Positions 53,829-64,000 of a DNA stretch of 64,000 nucleotides are shown piece by piece. A model generated the notes under the pieces. The model saw nothing but the letters and a program-made list of their open reading frames with translations. It was not told the DNA's origin and searched no databases. Position 1 is the first letter of the stretch, and each line of letters starts with the position of its first letter. A program made the position numbers and the translations under genes. The DNA comes from Candidatus Sungiibacteriota bacterium (lineage in GTDB: Bacteria; Patescibacteriota; Minisyncoccia; Sungbacterales; HO2-52-23), in the NCBI GenBank assembly GCA_016432465.1, contig CP066690.1:317538-381537 (forward strand), given 5' to 3'.

Positions 53829-55400
53829 ATGGCCAAACCCAAACCCCTGCTTTTAATAATTCTTGACGGCTTCGGCATCTCTTTGGAAAAAGAAGGTAAC
53901 CCTGTTTATGAAGCCAAAAAACCAACGCTGGATGAAATTGAGCGCAATTTTCCTTTTACCACGCTTCAGGCGTCCGGCGTGGCTGTTGGACTTCCGTGGG
54001 GAGAAGCGGGCAACTCGGAAGTGGGACATTTAACCATGGGCGCGGGACGCGTGATTTATCATCATCTGCCAAGAATTATAAACGCCATATCTGACGGTTC
54101 TTTTTTTAAAAATCCGGCGTTTATCGGGGCGGCGGAGCACGTCAGGAAAAATAAATCGCGGCTCCATATCGCGGGACTGGTATCTTCCGGCTCGGTGCAT
54201 AGCTACATTGACCATCTCTACGCGCTTTTGGACTTCACAAAAAAAGAGAAACTTGAGGAAGTACATCTTCATATTTTTACCGACGGCAAAGATGCCCCGC
54301 CGCAAGAAGGAGTAAAATTTATTGAACTGCTTGAAGAAAGAATAAAAAAAGAATGGCCCCAGACGCATCTAGCAACTGTCGTGGGAAGATTTTACGCCAT
54401 GGATCGCGACGAGAAATGGGAACGCATCCAGACATCGTACGGACTACTGACTGGTGGTAAGGGTGAAAAAATAACTTCAATTCCTGAATACATCAGAACC
54501 CAGTATAAAAAAGATTTAACTGACGAATTTATCGGGGCGGCAGTTGCGGACGGGAACGGAATCATAAAAGATGGCGACGCCTTGATTTTTTTCAACTTCC
54601 GTGAAGACTCTATGAGAGAACTTGCTCACGCCTTTGCGGATGAAGATTTTGATAAATTTCCGAGAAAGAAAAGTAAGAACTTATTCCTCGTGACCATGAC
54701 CGAATATCAAAAAGACCTCAAGGCCCATGCCGCTTTTGAGCCGCTGGATATTGGGTGGCCGCTGGCGCGGATTTTAGGTGAGGCCGGACTCCGGCACCTG
54801 CATATTGCCGAGACCGAAAAATACGCGCATGTGACTTATTTCTTAAACGGCGGCACGGAAAAACTTTTTCCGGGAGAGGAACGAATTTTGATTCCCTCCA
54901 TTACCGCCGCCCACTTTGACGAGGTACCCGAGATGCGAGCCAAAGAAATTACAGCCAAAATCTTGGAATATTTTGATACTTACGACGTGATCATTGCTAA
55001 TTTTGCCAACGCCGATTTAGTAGGACACTCCGGTAACTTTCAGGCAGCCATACGGGCCGTGGAGATTCTGGACGGGGCGCTACAGCAAATTATGAACGCG
55101 GTTTTAGCTTCGGACGGGGCCGCGCTGATTACCGGAGACCACGGAAATATTGAACTAAAAAGAAATGTCATCACGGGCGAGAAGTTAACGGAGCACTCTC
55201 TCAATGCCGTTCCCTTGTATCTTATTGGCAGAAAATTCCGCCTGACAAAACAACGCAGTGAGTCCGAAAGAGAAAAACAAAAAACCGAAGCGGGCGGCAT
55301 GTTAACTGATATTGCGCCCACAATTCTTGAGCTTTTGGGACTAAAAAAACCCGCCGAGATGACGGGCAAGGACCTGCTAAAAACACTACTTGGTCAATGA
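53829..55400 (+). CDS. gpmI: 2,3-bisphosphoglycerate-independent phosphoglycerate mutase
   Basis: MAKPKPLLLIILDGFG... and conserved iPGM blocks (GNSEVGHLTMGAGRV, ...ADLVGHSGN...). Confidence 0.85.
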   Translation: MAKPKPLLLIILDGFGISLEKEGNPVYEAKKPTLDEIERNFPFTTLQASGVAVGLPWGEAGNSEVGHLTMGAGRVIYHHLPRIINAISDGSFFKNPAFIGAAEHVRKNKSRLHIAGLVSSGSVHSYIDHLYALLDFTKKEKLEEVHLHIFTDGKDAPPQEGVKFIELLEERIKKEWPQTHLATVVGRFYAMDRDEKWERIQTSYGLLTGGKGEKITSIPEYIRTQYKKDLTDEFIGAAVADGNGIIKDGDALIFFNFREDSMRELAHAFADEDFDKFPRKKSKNLFLVTMTEYQKDLKAHAAFEPLDIGWPLARILGEAGLRHLHIAETEKYAHVTYFLNGGTEKLFPGEERILIPSITAAHFDEVPEMRAKEITAKILEYFDTYDVIIANFANADLVGHSGNFQAAIRAVEILDGALQQIMNAVLASDGAALITGDHGNIELKRNVITGEKLTEHSLNAVPLYLIGRKFRLTKQRSESEREKQKTEAGGMLTDIAPTILELLGLKKPAEMTGKDLLKTLLGQ

Positions 55401-55730
55401 CGGATGTATATACAAATCCCACAAGGCAAAATAAGGAGTTCCCTGCGTGTACCAGTGGCTCCAAAGATCTACCGCCACAAGACCAACCCCGATGAAAAAT
55501 GCCACCCTCGCTACGGTTAATATGACCTTCGTTGCGCCGAATCTCCAAAGAACTAAGCTTATCAAAAGAGATAAAAACCCCCAAAACATTTTATGAAGAT
55601 GGTATCCCGAAACAACAATCCAGTATTTATCCGGCGTATCCAGAAAGAATAGAAAAATCTGACGCGGTAGATCAAAGTATACCAATATCAAAAACGCCAA
55701 GGCAAGGAACACTGAGGAAAGACCCAACAC
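55386..55730 (-). CDS. hypothetical membrane protein
   Basis: 114-aa ORF with 3 TM helices; overlaps the gpmI stop by 15 nt. Confidence 0.45.
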   Translation of the reverse strand: MLGLSSVFLALAFLILVYFDLPRQIFLFFLDTPDKYWIVVSGYHLHKMFWGFLSLLISLVLWRFGATKVILTVARVAFFIGVGLVAVDLWSHWYTQGTPYFALWDLYIHPSLTK

Positions 55731-55802
55731 GGAAGCCCCCAGTCCCTAAGTTCTAATTTCACAATAGCATAATCCGACTAGAAAATCAAATCATATTATC
55801 TT

Positions 55803-55834
55803 AACATCACCTATGCGATCGCATAGGTGATGTT
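55803..55834. promoter_or_regulatory. 32-bp perfect palindrome
   Basis: AACATCACCTATGCGATCGCATAGGTGATGTT is exactly self-complementary. Confidence 0.6.
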
Positions 55835-55862
55835 ACGATAAAGTTGATGCCCAAACCAAAAC

Positions 55863-55935
55863 TATTTGCTGCTGTTTATCTTCCTCTTAATGATCTCGTC
55901 AATAATACCGTACTTCTTCGCTTCTTCGGCGTCCA
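55863..55935 (-). pseudogene. orphan duplicate of the clpP 3' end (last ~24 codons)
   Basis: Minus-strand translation [24 protein letters not shown] against genuine ClpP C-terminus [23 protein letters not shown]; ~80% nt identity to 56069-56141. Confidence 0.5.
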
Positions 55936-56051
55936 CCCCGCACTAAAATTTTGACTGCCGCGATCTTGAATAAAAAGCCCATTTTCATTTTTAACAGCTG
56001 TCACGTTGATCTCGCCAGCTTAGTCGGGGCGGCATAACTATAGTCAAAATT
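55936..56051. repeat. small inverted-repeat element between the clpP 3' duplicate and the true clpP end
   Basis: CCCCGCACTAAAATTTTGACT (55937-55957) vs reverse complement of AGTCAAAATTTAGTGACGGGG (56031-56051): 20/22 match. Confidence 0.5.
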
Positions 56052-56068
56052 TAGTGACGGGGCAAGTA

Positions 56069-56686
56069 TTACTTGCTGTTTGTTTTCCTTTTAATTATTT
56101 CATCTATAATGCCATACTTCTTCGCTTCTTCGGCGTCCATGTAAAAATCGCGGTCTGTGTCTTTTTCAACTTGCGTGAGCAGTTTTCCGGTATGTTTTGA
56201 TAAAATATGGCTTAAGCGCTCCTTGAGGCGCAGAACATGTTTGGCTGAAATTTCAATTTCGGTTGCCTGACCCTCAATGCCTCCGGCCATTACTTGATGT
56301 ATTAAAACTTCGGAGTTGGGGAGCGCAAAACGTTTACCCTTGGCTCCCGATGCTAAAAGTAAAGCCGCGCCCGAAGCCGCCATCCCAATACAAATAGTGG
56401 AAACATCCGGCTTAACGTACTGCATCGTGTCATAAACCGCCAAGGTCGCGGGCACCGAGCCGCCGGGGGAATTAATATAAAGCTTGATGTCCTTTTTCTC
56501 GTCCTCTGACTCCAAAAATAAAAGCTGGGCAATAATGGAATTAGCAATCGGATCCACAATCGGCCCGCCCAGAAAAATAATACGCTCTTTGAGAAGCCGC
56601 GAATAAATATCATAAGCCCGCTCGCCAAATTGCGACTTTTCAATGACGGTGGGAATTAAATATTGTGCAAAAATTTCGTCGTCCAT
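56069..56686 (-). CDS. clpP: ATP-dependent Clp protease proteolytic subunit
   Basis: Full-length ClpP with catalytic GMAAS and conserved blocks (YINSPGG, HQVMAGG). Confidence 0.9.
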   Translation of the reverse strand: MDDEIFAQYLIPTVIEKSQFGERAYDIYSRLLKERIIFLGGPIVDPIANSIIAQLLFLESEDEKKDIKLYINSPGGSVPATLAVYDTMQYVKPDVSTICIGMAASGAALLLASGAKGKRFALPNSEVLIHQVMAGGIEGQATEIEISAKHVLRLKERLSHILSKHTGKLLTQVEKDTDRDFYMDAEEAKKYGIIDEIIKRKTNSK

Positions 56687-56688
56687 AT

Positions 56689-58020
56689 TTACATTTTCTC
56701 CAAAAACTCAAAAACTTTTTGGTTCTTTAATATGCCTTTAGTATATTCCTTTAATTCTTCGGCGTCAATGTGCTTTTTGGCGTCCTCAACAGATTTGTAT
56801 TGGCTTAAAAGCTGATTAGCGCGTGTCTCAATTTCTTCTGCCGTCGGCTCTATTTTTTCTACTTTTGCGATTTCGCGCAGGACCAGCGCAATCCTCACCC
56901 TTTTTTCTGCCTCATCTCGCCAATCTTTTTGGAGCTCTTCCACGCCTTTTTTTATATGAAGCAAATAGTCTTCCCACTTCATACCCATCTGCTCTACGCC
57001 GGATTTTAATTCTGTAAACATTTTGTCAAGCTCGCCCTCAATTAATACGTCCGGGACTTCTATTTTTGTCTCCTCTGCAATTTTTTCAATAGTGAGCGCG
57101 CGCAGTCTCTGGATCTCTTTCTCTTCTTTTTCTTTACCAATTCCTTCACGGATACTCTTCTTTAGAGCCTCAACCGATGGAAAATCGCCAAGATTTTTGA
57201 CAGATTCATCAGTCAGTTCCGGCAACTTACGTTCCTGCACCAGTTTCATGGTGACTATAAAATCAAACGCTTTTCCGGCCATTGACTTTTCGTGCCAATT
57301 TTCCGGCGCAACAAGGGTAAATGACTTCTCGTCTCCGACTTTCATGCCAATAAGATTATCCTCAAATCCCGGCAGAAATTTTCCTTGACCAATAACCAAT
57401 GGGTGATTTTTGGACTCGCTTAAGATGGGGCTATTGTCTTTTACTTCTCCGCCGGAGGCGGATCCGCCTCGGGCGGAAAAGTCAATCTCGACCGTATCGC
57501 CGGATTGCGCCGGACGATCAACCGTAATCAGGGGCGCGCGCGATTCCCGGAGCCACTCCAATGTTTTCTCAACTTCTTCGTCGGTTATGGAAACCGCCTT
57601 TTTTTCTTTTTGTACTCTTCGGGCAATGACTTTATAATCAGACAGTTTTACTTCGGGCATTACTGCTAACCTGATTTTAAATTCTAAGTCGTTTCCGGGC
57701 ACAAGTTTGATTATAGTAATTTCCGGTCTTCCTATCGGAGGGCGACTTGGAGAAACCTCACCGCTGTCCAGCATTTTCTGCATCAGCTCCGGATAGGTTT
57801 TGCGTACGGCCAAGTCCGCCGCCCGCTCGTAAATCGCATTCTCCCCGAATTTTTGTTTAACAATTTCATACGGAGCTTTACCCCTGCGAAAACCCTCAAT
57901 TTCTGTTTCCTCCGAAATTAAAGTTGCCGCGCGCGCAAGATGCGGCTCAAATTCCCGAAAAGGAATACTTACATCTATCTCCGCTTGTGATTTTAGCGAC
58001 TTTGTGAAATTATAGTCCAT
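56689..58020 (-). CDS. tig: trigger factor
   Basis: N-terminal ribosome-binding domain, FKBP-type PPIase centre, C-terminal arm; sits immediately upstream of clpP as in the canonical tig-clpP arrangement. Confidence 0.85.
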   Translation of the reverse strand: MDYNFTKSLKSQAEIDVSIPFREFEPHLARAATLISEETEIEGFRRGKAPYEIVKQKFGENAIYERAADLAVRKTYPELMQKMLDSGEVSPSRPPIGRPEITIIKLVPGNDLEFKIRLAVMPEVKLSDYKVIARRVQKEKKAVSITDEEVEKTLEWLRESRAPLITVDRPAQSGDTVEIDFSARGGSASGGEVKDNSPILSESKNHPLVIGQGKFLPGFEDNLIGMKVGDEKSFTLVAPENWHEKSMAGKAFDFIVTMKLVQERKLPELTDESVKNLGDFPSVEALKKSIREGIGKEKEEKEIQRLRALTIEKIAEETKIEVPDVLIEGELDKMFTELKSGVEQMGMKWEDYLLHIKKGVEELQKDWRDEAEKRVRIALVLREIAKVEKIEPTAEEIETRANQLLSQYKSVEDAKKHIDAEELKEYTKGILKNQKVFEFLEKM

Positions 58021-58037
58021 AGTTCAATCCTTGAGGC

Positions 58038-58697
58038 TTGATTATGAGAAAGTATACTTGGCCTGTTTTTGTCGGATTTATCACCCTCCTGATGCTCCTG
58101 CTGCCTATTAAATTGGTCGGGGTGATAGTGACCTATTTCGACGACCTTTGGAACGTAACCGTCTGGCAACCTTTTCTGGGAAGAAGTTTACCGCTCGCGG
58201 GATTGATAGCATCTGTCGTTATCTTTTATCTCGTTGGTAAGTTAGCGGAAACGAAGTGGGGCATCTGGGTTAACGAAAACATCTTGCAGCATATTCCTAT
58301 TCTGGGGGGTTTTCTGTCCTCGTTTAACCCTAATACTAAAAAGGTTCTGGAAGAGACAAATGGATTTATAATCGCTCGTTACTTAAGCGAGTGGCGTCCG
58401 GCCAAATTAATGTCTGTCCTCAAAAAAAAGGATGGTTATTTTGGGGTGGTAATGTTCTTTACCTTCCCGCCCACGCCCCAGTTTATTCCCGATGACTCGC
58501 CAATTTATGTTTTGGAAAACCCCGAAGGAAAATATGACGTTATTCCCAACCGCGTCGCATTTAAACTGGAGGTATCGGCCGGCACTGCAGTTCCAGAGAA
58601 TTGCATAGAAGGAGCAGTACTGACTACTATGGGCGAATTCATTCGCGCCCGCAACCTGATAAGAAAACCTAATCCTACTAGTAACAACGGCTCTTAA
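58038..58697 (+). CDS. hypothetical membrane protein (DUF502-like)
   Basis: Two N-terminal TM helices followed by a soluble domain; family assignment tentative. Confidence 0.4.
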   Translation: MIMRKYTWPVFVGFITLLMLLLPIKLVGVIVTYFDDLWNVTVWQPFLGRSLPLAGLIASVVIFYLVGKLAETKWGIWVNENILQHIPILGGFLSSFNPNTKKVLEETNGFIIARYLSEWRPAKLMSVLKKKDGYFGVVMFFTFPPTPQFIPDDSPIYVLENPEGKYDVIPNRVAFKLEVSAGTAVPENCIEGAVLTTMGEFIRARNLIRKPNPTSNNGS

Positions 58698-58748
58698 GAG
58701 CCGTTTTGCTATACATAGATGTTAACCGTTGATCGCGTTTAGGTAGCC

Positions 58749-60839
58749 TTACAATAACCGAGCTATAAGCAAAGCAACAATGTTTACTATTTTTATCATG
58801 GGATTAATGGCGGGTCCTGCTGTATCTTTATATGGGTCTCCCACCGTATCTCCGGTGACTGCGGCTTGATGCGCCGGAGATTTTTTGCCGCCGTAGTTTC
58901 CTTCTTCAATATATTTTTTGGCATTGTCCCAAGCAGCTCCGCCTGAAGTCATGGAAATCGCCACAAAAAGTCCGGTCACAATAGAACCCACCAGTAGTCC
59001 GCCAAGCGCCTGCGGCGCGTTTGACCCAAGTACTACCACAAGTAAAATCGGCACAGCCACCGGAATCAGCGCCGGTATAATCATCTGACGAATCGCAGCC
59101 TTGGTCACAATATCCACTGCTTTATCATACTGTGGCTGGCCCGTGCCTGTTCCCGACGCCCCATTTTTATCTTTTAATAAGGAAGTCGGGATCCCGACAT
59201 CCGACGTAGCGTCGGATCGTCGGGACATAATTCCTTCTTTGTCCTTTTGAATGCTCTCCCAAAGCCCCGGTATCTCTTTAAACTGCCTTCGCACCTCCTC
59301 CACCACGCCCTGCGCCGCTTTCCCAACGGCCCGCATGGCAATGGAACTAAAAAGATAAGGCATCATACCGCCGATAAAAAGACCCACAATAACATAGGGG
59401 TCGGAAAGGTTGAAAAATACCGCCTTCCCAAAATTTTTCAGCTCTTCAACAAAAGACGCAAAAAGAACCAAGGCCGCGAGTCCGGCTGATGCAATAGCAT
59501 ATCCTTTGGTAATGGCTTTGGTGGTATTTCCCACCGCATCTAAAGGATCAGTGACCTTGCGTACTTCTTCGGGCAACCCCGCCATCTCAGCAATACCTCC
59601 GGCATTATCAGTAATCGGGCCAAAAGAATCTATAGCCACGATAATTCCGGCTTGAGCCAGCATGGTCATCGCGGCCAAAGCCACACCGTAAAGTCCCGCA
59701 AAAAGAAAAGCAAAAAGCATGCCGGCAGAAATTACCAGAATCGGAAACGCGGTTGCTTCCAGAGAATAGGCAAGGCCAATAATTATATTGGTGCCATGCC
59801 CGGTGAGTGAAGCGCGGGCAATTGCCTTTACCGGACGGAATTTTTTAGAAGTGTAATACTCGGTTGCAACCACCATCAAAGCAGTAACGCCAATACCGGC
59901 CAGAGCCGCCATAAAATAAGGATTTACGAGCGACCGATCAAGTGTAATAGCAAAAGCGGGCCACAAAAGTATGACGGCCATAAGGGAAGAGCCGATAAGT
60001 CCGCGGTAAAGCCCTCCCATAATTGAGCCGCCTTCTTTAACCCGCACTAAAAAACTGCCTAAAATTGAGGCCGCGATCGCAACACCTCCAATAATAAGGG
60101 GTAAAAGCACAATACTTTGATTTCCCGGGAAAAGCAGCGAGCCCAAAAGCATAGCCGCAATCGCGGTTACGGCATAAGTTTCAAAAAGGTCCGCGGCCAT
60201 TCCCGCACAATCTCCCACGTTGTCTCCCACGTTATCTGCAATTACGGCCGGATTTCTGGGGTCGTCTTCCGGAATCCCTGCCTCAATTTTACCTACTAAG
60301 TCCGCTCCCACGTCCGCGCCTTTGGTATAAATTCCTCCGCCAAGACGCGCAAAAATAGAAATCAAAGAACCCCCAAAAGCAAGACCCACGAGCGAAGAAA
60401 TATTTTGTGTAATAGCGTAAAAAAGACTTACGGATAAAAGTCCAAGGCCCACCACTAAAAATCCAGTTACTGAACCTCCCAAGAAAGCAACCCGAAACGC
60501 CTTGGACAGGCCGGATTTGGCAGCTTCTGTGGTGCGAACATTAGTATCTACCGCAGTCATCATACCCAGATACCCGGCCAGTGTTGAGGAAACAGCGCCA
60601 ACCAAAAATCCCATTGCGGTTTCTCCTCCAAAAACTTGCCAAATAATTATGGCCAAAACCAAAGCCACAAACCCAACCGTAGTATTTTGGCGCTTGAGAT
60701 AGGCCCTAGAACCAGCTTTTATGGCTTGCCAAATTTCAATTTGTTTTCCTGTTCCAGTCGGATATTTTTTTATTAAATAAATCAGCACCAAAGCAAAGGC
60801 GATGGAAACCAAAGAAGTTATTATTGGAAATAAAATCAT
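58749..60839 (-). CDS. hppA: membrane-bound proton/sodium-translocating pyrophosphatase
   Basis: ~16 TM helices; signature [18 protein letters not shown] and [10 protein letters not shown]. Confidence 0.85.
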   Translation of the reverse strand: MILFPIITSLVSIAFALVLIYLIKKYPTGTGKQIEIWQAIKAGSRAYLKRQNTTVGFVALVLAIIIWQVFGGETAMGFLVGAVSSTLAGYLGMMTAVDTNVRTTEAAKSGLSKAFRVAFLGGSVTGFLVVGLGLLSVSLFYAITQNISSLVGLAFGGSLISIFARLGGGIYTKGADVGADLVGKIEAGIPEDDPRNPAVIADNVGDNVGDCAGMAADLFETYAVTAIAAMLLGSLLFPGNQSIVLLPLIIGGVAIAASILGSFLVRVKEGGSIMGGLYRGLIGSSLMAVILLWPAFAITLDRSLVNPYFMAALAGIGVTALMVVATEYYTSKKFRPVKAIARASLTGHGTNIIIGLAYSLEATAFPILVISAGMLFAFLFAGLYGVALAAMTMLAQAGIIVAIDSFGPITDNAGGIAEMAGLPEEVRKVTDPLDAVGNTTKAITKGYAIASAGLAALVLFASFVEELKNFGKAVFFNLSDPYVIVGLFIGGMMPYLFSSIAMRAVGKAAQGVVEEVRRQFKEIPGLWESIQKDKEGIMSRRSDATSDVGIPTSLLKDKNGASGTGTGQPQYDKAVDIVTKAAIRQMIIPALIPVAVPILLVVVLGSNAPQALGGLLVGSIVTGLFVAISMTSGGAAWDNAKKYIEEGNYGGKKSPAHQAAVTGDTVGDPYKDTAGPAINPMIKIVNIVALLIARLL

Positions 60840-60900
60840 AAACTATTTCGTCACAAAGCCTATACTGCCGACCGTCAATAAAACCCGGTGGGTAGTATAT

Positions 60901-62022
60901 TTATTCTCTGCGAACTAACTCTTCTTGATACTCTGAGTTGAAAAGTTCTATAAAGGACGAAGAATTTAAAGACTGGAGAAGGCCCAACCTTTGTAAACTA
61001 GAAATTAAATCTTGCAGGGATCCGCGGGCCATTGAAAGGTCCCCTTTGTAAAACCATTCTTTGCTGTGAATAACCCCGAAACGTCTGTAGTCTTCAATCT
61101 TATCCCTTACCGACGCGACCGAATCGAGGTCAACAATACGACAATCAAGGGTTATGTTATGACTGGTTAAGTATCCGTTGTGGAGCCCAAGGTTCCTGAT
61201 TTTAGCAACTTGCTGGCCCAGTGTCTTAACAAACCACTCGGTATACTCTTCCCAAGAAAATTTTTGAGGATCTTTCCCTAACTCCTGAGCAACTAAGGCC
61301 TTGGCATCGTCAAGGGCCATTCTCTCACGATCTTGACCACCACTCGCAAGATAATCTATACGCTCCGTTGTTCCAAAAGCCCGTACTTCGATAACCGGAT
61401 TCATTCCTTCTGGAATAATTTTAAGTCTTTTTGCTTCAAATACAGAAATTTTTTGTCCGTTTTCATCAACGATTTCCTCAAGGGATGCAATGGCAACTAT
61501 GCGATACGTTCTGATGCCTGAACGTAAAAAGTCTTCCGCATAATCCCAGTCACGAATTGCATGGGGATAATTAACCAAACCCAAGGCTTCATGCGGACCT
61601 TGTTCTATCACGCGTGCAACCTCCGCAGAGCCAGTATCAAAAGAGAGGTTAAAAACCCCTATCCCTTTAATACCTAAGTCACGATAACGTCTTCCTTGCT
61701 GATCCTCAAATACCACTGATCCGATAAGTCCGCTTCTGCCTCTGCCCGGTACCTCTTTATACCCCCTTTCCGGCATTACCGACACGTGATGTATTTTTTC
61801 TTCAGGGCTTTGGCTGGGCGTGGGTGTAAAAAAGTAAGCAAAAGGCAACGGTTTACCCTGTTCAATTTTGAAAGGAAGTGTTCCCTCAAACGCGGGATTT
61901 AGACTTATTACTTTATTCTTTACTTCAATGGCAGGCAACCTTAATTCCTTTCTTTTCTCAAGAAATTCTCCTCCGGTGCCGGTAATGGGTTTTTCAAGTT
62001 TTGGTTGTTCGGATCTCTCCAT
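60901..62022 (-). CDS. hypothetical protein, possibly kinase-like
   Basis: 373 aa; segment GLHNGYLTSHNITLDCRIVDLDSV loosely resembles a protein-kinase-like catalytic loop (H-x-D/N...N...D); weak. Confidence 0.4.
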   Translation of the reverse strand: MERSEQPKLEKPITGTGGEFLEKRKELRLPAIEVKNKVISLNPAFEGTLPFKIEQGKPLPFAYFFTPTPSQSPEEKIHHVSVMPERGYKEVPGRGRSGLIGSVVFEDQQGRRYRDLGIKGIGVFNLSFDTGSAEVARVIEQGPHEALGLVNYPHAIRDWDYAEDFLRSGIRTYRIVAIASLEEIVDENGQKISVFEAKRLKIIPEGMNPVIEVRAFGTTERIDYLASGGQDRERMALDDAKALVAQELGKDPQKFSWEEYTEWFVKTLGQQVAKIRNLGLHNGYLTSHNITLDCRIVDLDSVASVRDKIEDYRRFGVIHSKEWFYKGDLSMARGSLQDLISSLQRLGLLQSLNSSSFIELFNSEYQEELVRRE

Positions 62023-62041
62023 TTCAATAATGTTTCGTGCT

Positions 62042-63475
62042 TTAGGCAGCCCTTTTTTCTTCGGTTATTTCTTTCTTTGTTGTTTTCTTTGTTGTTTTCT
62101 TTTTCTTTTGTGTTTCAACCTTGCCATCCGTAGTCTTGGGTTCTTTTTTCTTTTCCTCTGATTTCGTCTCGCCCATTACCTCGGCCAGCGCTTCGCGGAC
62201 CCCTTCTGTAGAAACTGCCGGGGTTTTTTCTTCTTCGGGCGCCTCTTCAACTTGAGACTCTTCCGGTTTTTTGCTGGATCTTACATCAATTTTCCATCCG
62301 GTAAGTTTAGCCGCAAGACGCACGTTTTGTCCGCCCTTGCCAATAGCAAGAGAGAGCTGTTCGTCCGGCACAACCGCCCGCGCTTCTTTTCTTTTCTCGT
62401 TTATTTCAACATCAAGGACTTTGGCCGGAGACAAAGAGTGGGTGATAAACTCTGCCGGATCCTCGGACCATTCAATAACATCAATCTTCTCTCCCCCCAA
62501 CTCGTTTATAACCGTAGTAACCCGCACACCCCTTTGCCCCACCAGAGAACCCACAGGATCAATGCCCTCTTCATGAGATAGTACCGCAACCTTGGAGCGT
62601 GACCCCGGTTCGCGCGCCACGGATTTAATCTCCACGGTGCCCGATGCAATTTCCGGGACCTCAATCTCAAAAAGTTTTTTCAAAAGACGCGGGTGGGAAC
62701 GCGACAAAAACACCCCCGGCCCCTTAGGGTTTTTCTCAACTAAAGTAATCAGAACTTTAATACGATCTCCCACCCGGTAGCGTTCATAGGGAACCTGCTC
62801 CTCGGGTATTAAAATACCCACAGTTCTTCCAATATCTACAAAGATATTCCGCCCCTCAATCCGCTGGATCAATCCGCTTACAAGCTCCCCTTCTTTGGAT
62901 TTAAATTCATCAAAAACGGCCTCGCGTTCGGCTTCACGGATACGCTGTACAATCACCTGCTTGGCGGTTTGGGCCGCAATTCGTCCGTATTCCTCGTGAT
63001 ACTCAAGAGGAAACTCAAGTTCGTCTCCGGGTTTTATATCCTTTTTAATCTTGCGGGCCTCTTCAATCATCATGTGTTTTTCCTCATTAAAGCGTATCTT
63101 TTTAGGCTCTGTGTCTTCTGCTATTTCCGTCCCTTCCTTTTCCGCTTCAACCATTTCCTCTCTTTTCCGCTCCTCCTGGTCTCCAGCCTTGCCCTCCGCG
63201 GCTTCAACCAGCTTTCGGGCCCGCTCTTCCTCTTCAGCCTGAATCTCCTCTTCGGATTTAATCATAGTCTCATCCATCACAATCTTTATTTGCTTCATTT
63301 CTACCTTTCCGGTATCCGGGTCCATTTTGGCGCGAACAATTTGACCCCTCTGGCCATAGTCGCGCTTATAAGCCGCAGCCAAAGCCAGCTCTATGGTTTC
63401 AAGAATTTTTTCCTTGGGTATTCCTTTTTCATCGGCAATCTGCTGTATTGCCTGCGCAAATGATTTTAAGTCCAA
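62042..63475 (-). CDS. nusA: transcription termination/antitermination factor NusA (with acidic insertion and basic C-terminal tail)
   Basis: N-terminal NusA domain, S1 domain (GELVSGLIQRIEGRNIFVDIG), two KH domains (GIDPVGSLVGQRGVRV..., LAIGKGGQNVRLAAKLTGWKIDV). Confidence 0.85.
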   Translation of the reverse strand: MDLKSFAQAIQQIADEKGIPKEKILETIELALAAAYKRDYGQRGQIVRAKMDPDTGKVEMKQIKIVMDETMIKSEEEIQAEEEERARKLVEAAEGKAGDQEERKREEMVEAEKEGTEIAEDTEPKKIRFNEEKHMMIEEARKIKKDIKPGDELEFPLEYHEEYGRIAAQTAKQVIVQRIREAEREAVFDEFKSKEGELVSGLIQRIEGRNIFVDIGRTVGILIPEEQVPYERYRVGDRIKVLITLVEKNPKGPGVFLSRSHPRLLKKLFEIEVPEIASGTVEIKSVAREPGSRSKVAVLSHEEGIDPVGSLVGQRGVRVTTVINELGGEKIDVIEWSEDPAEFITHSLSPAKVLDVEINEKRKEARAVVPDEQLSLAIGKGGQNVRLAAKLTGWKIDVRSSKKPEESQVEEAPEEEKTPAVSTEGVREALAEVMGETKSEEKKKEPKTTDGKVETQKKKKTTKKTTKKEITEEKRAA

Positions 63476-63661
63476 ACTTGTGGCTTGTAACTTACAGCTT
63501 GTAGCTTTAAGAGATTTTCTCCTAACGCCTACAAGCTAATTCCTACAAGCTAGTAAAATGGGCCCGTTTCCACGGACCACCATCCAACATCTATCCATAA
63601 ATCTAGTATACCTCCCAGTAAAACCAATGTCAATAAGAAAAAGCCGGTTGCCCGGCTTTGT

Positions 63662-64000
63662 TCATCTATTTCCAAAAGGAACCAGTTTGTAGTCGGCGCG
63701 GCTTCTTAACCATTCTTCAATGTCCTGTCTATCCCTACGGAGCCATTTGATTTTTGATCTGATGGATTCAAGAACTTGACGCTTGGTCCTGTCCAGCCCC
63801 ATCCGACGTTCTTTCCGGAAAAAGGCCGCAACGTCCCTTAGCTCTTCCTCCGAAGAAAACCCAGCGGCAAACTCCACCATCATAGAAAGAAGTCCTAAAC
63901 CGGATCCTTCATAACGCCCCAGAAGTTTTTTCCAATTTCTTTTGACGAAGTCCCAAGCCGCACTTCTACCTACCGAGTGGGAGCCGATACCGGCAATAAG
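63662..64000 (-). CDS. C-terminal part of an M1-family aminopeptidase-like protein (gene continues beyond the window end)
   Basis: The minus-strand frame stays open through base 64000; ...AWDFVKRNWKKLLGRYEGSGLGLLS...FSSEEELRDVAAFF...IRSKIKWLRRD resembles the C-terminal (ERAP1_C-like) domain of PepN-type aminopeptidases. Confidence 0.4.
   Translation of the reverse strand, partial: LIAGIGSHSVGRSAAWDFVKRNWKKLLGRYEGSGLGLLSMMVEFAAGFSSEEELRDVAAFFRKERRMGLDRTKRQVLESIRSKIKWLRRDRQDIEEWLRSRADYKLVPFGNR

Noticed and set aside
55817-55824. HIP1 (GCGATCGC) cyanobacterial highly iterated palindrome at the centre of the 32-bp palindrome
   Set aside because: Single occurrence; nothing else about the window is cyanobacterial; regarded as coincidence

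Overview
This 64-kb window reads like a small-genome, Patescibacteria/CPR-like bacterium: strong AGGAGG-type ribosome-binding sites, a run of small TrbC/VirB2-like pilin genes, many ORFans and large Cys-rich surface proteins; this taxonomic impression is an inference from the sequence. Housekeeping genes include rpsA, gyrA (interrupted by a 391-aa intein), guaB, lon, rplJ-rplL, an NfeD-flotillin operon, queF, clpP-tig, hppA, nusA, rny, gpmI, lnt, HU and a RelE/ParE toxin-antitoxin pair. There are six tRNAs: Leu, Thr, Trp, Val, Pro and Gly. Several tRNAs are flanked by accessory material: ORFans that look GC-richer than the flanking genes, tRNA 3'-half fragments, and a family of ~100-120 nt inverted-repeat (MITE-like) elements sharing the terminal motif CCCGTTAGARAT. 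Unusual items are: (1) a gyrA intein carrying an I-HmuI-like HNH domain and NUMOD-like repeats; (2) an intact tRNA-Trp nested inside a disrupted tRNA-Trp-like palindrome next to a 5' rpmG duplicate; (3) two single-gene cassettes downstream of tRNA-Val, each ending in a tRNA-Val-like 3'-half fragment; (4) two paralogous Cys-rich surface proteins with a near-identical ~190-aa C-terminal module and a C-terminal KEV(V)PE tail shared by three secreted proteins; (5) a TTGTCAAT-N-TTGACA palindrome present at two promoter regions; (6) a large winged-HTH plus metallophosphoesterase protein with a variant metal-binding motif; and (7) a possible PRTase-MltG fusion. No CRISPR array, transposase or integrase was recognised.
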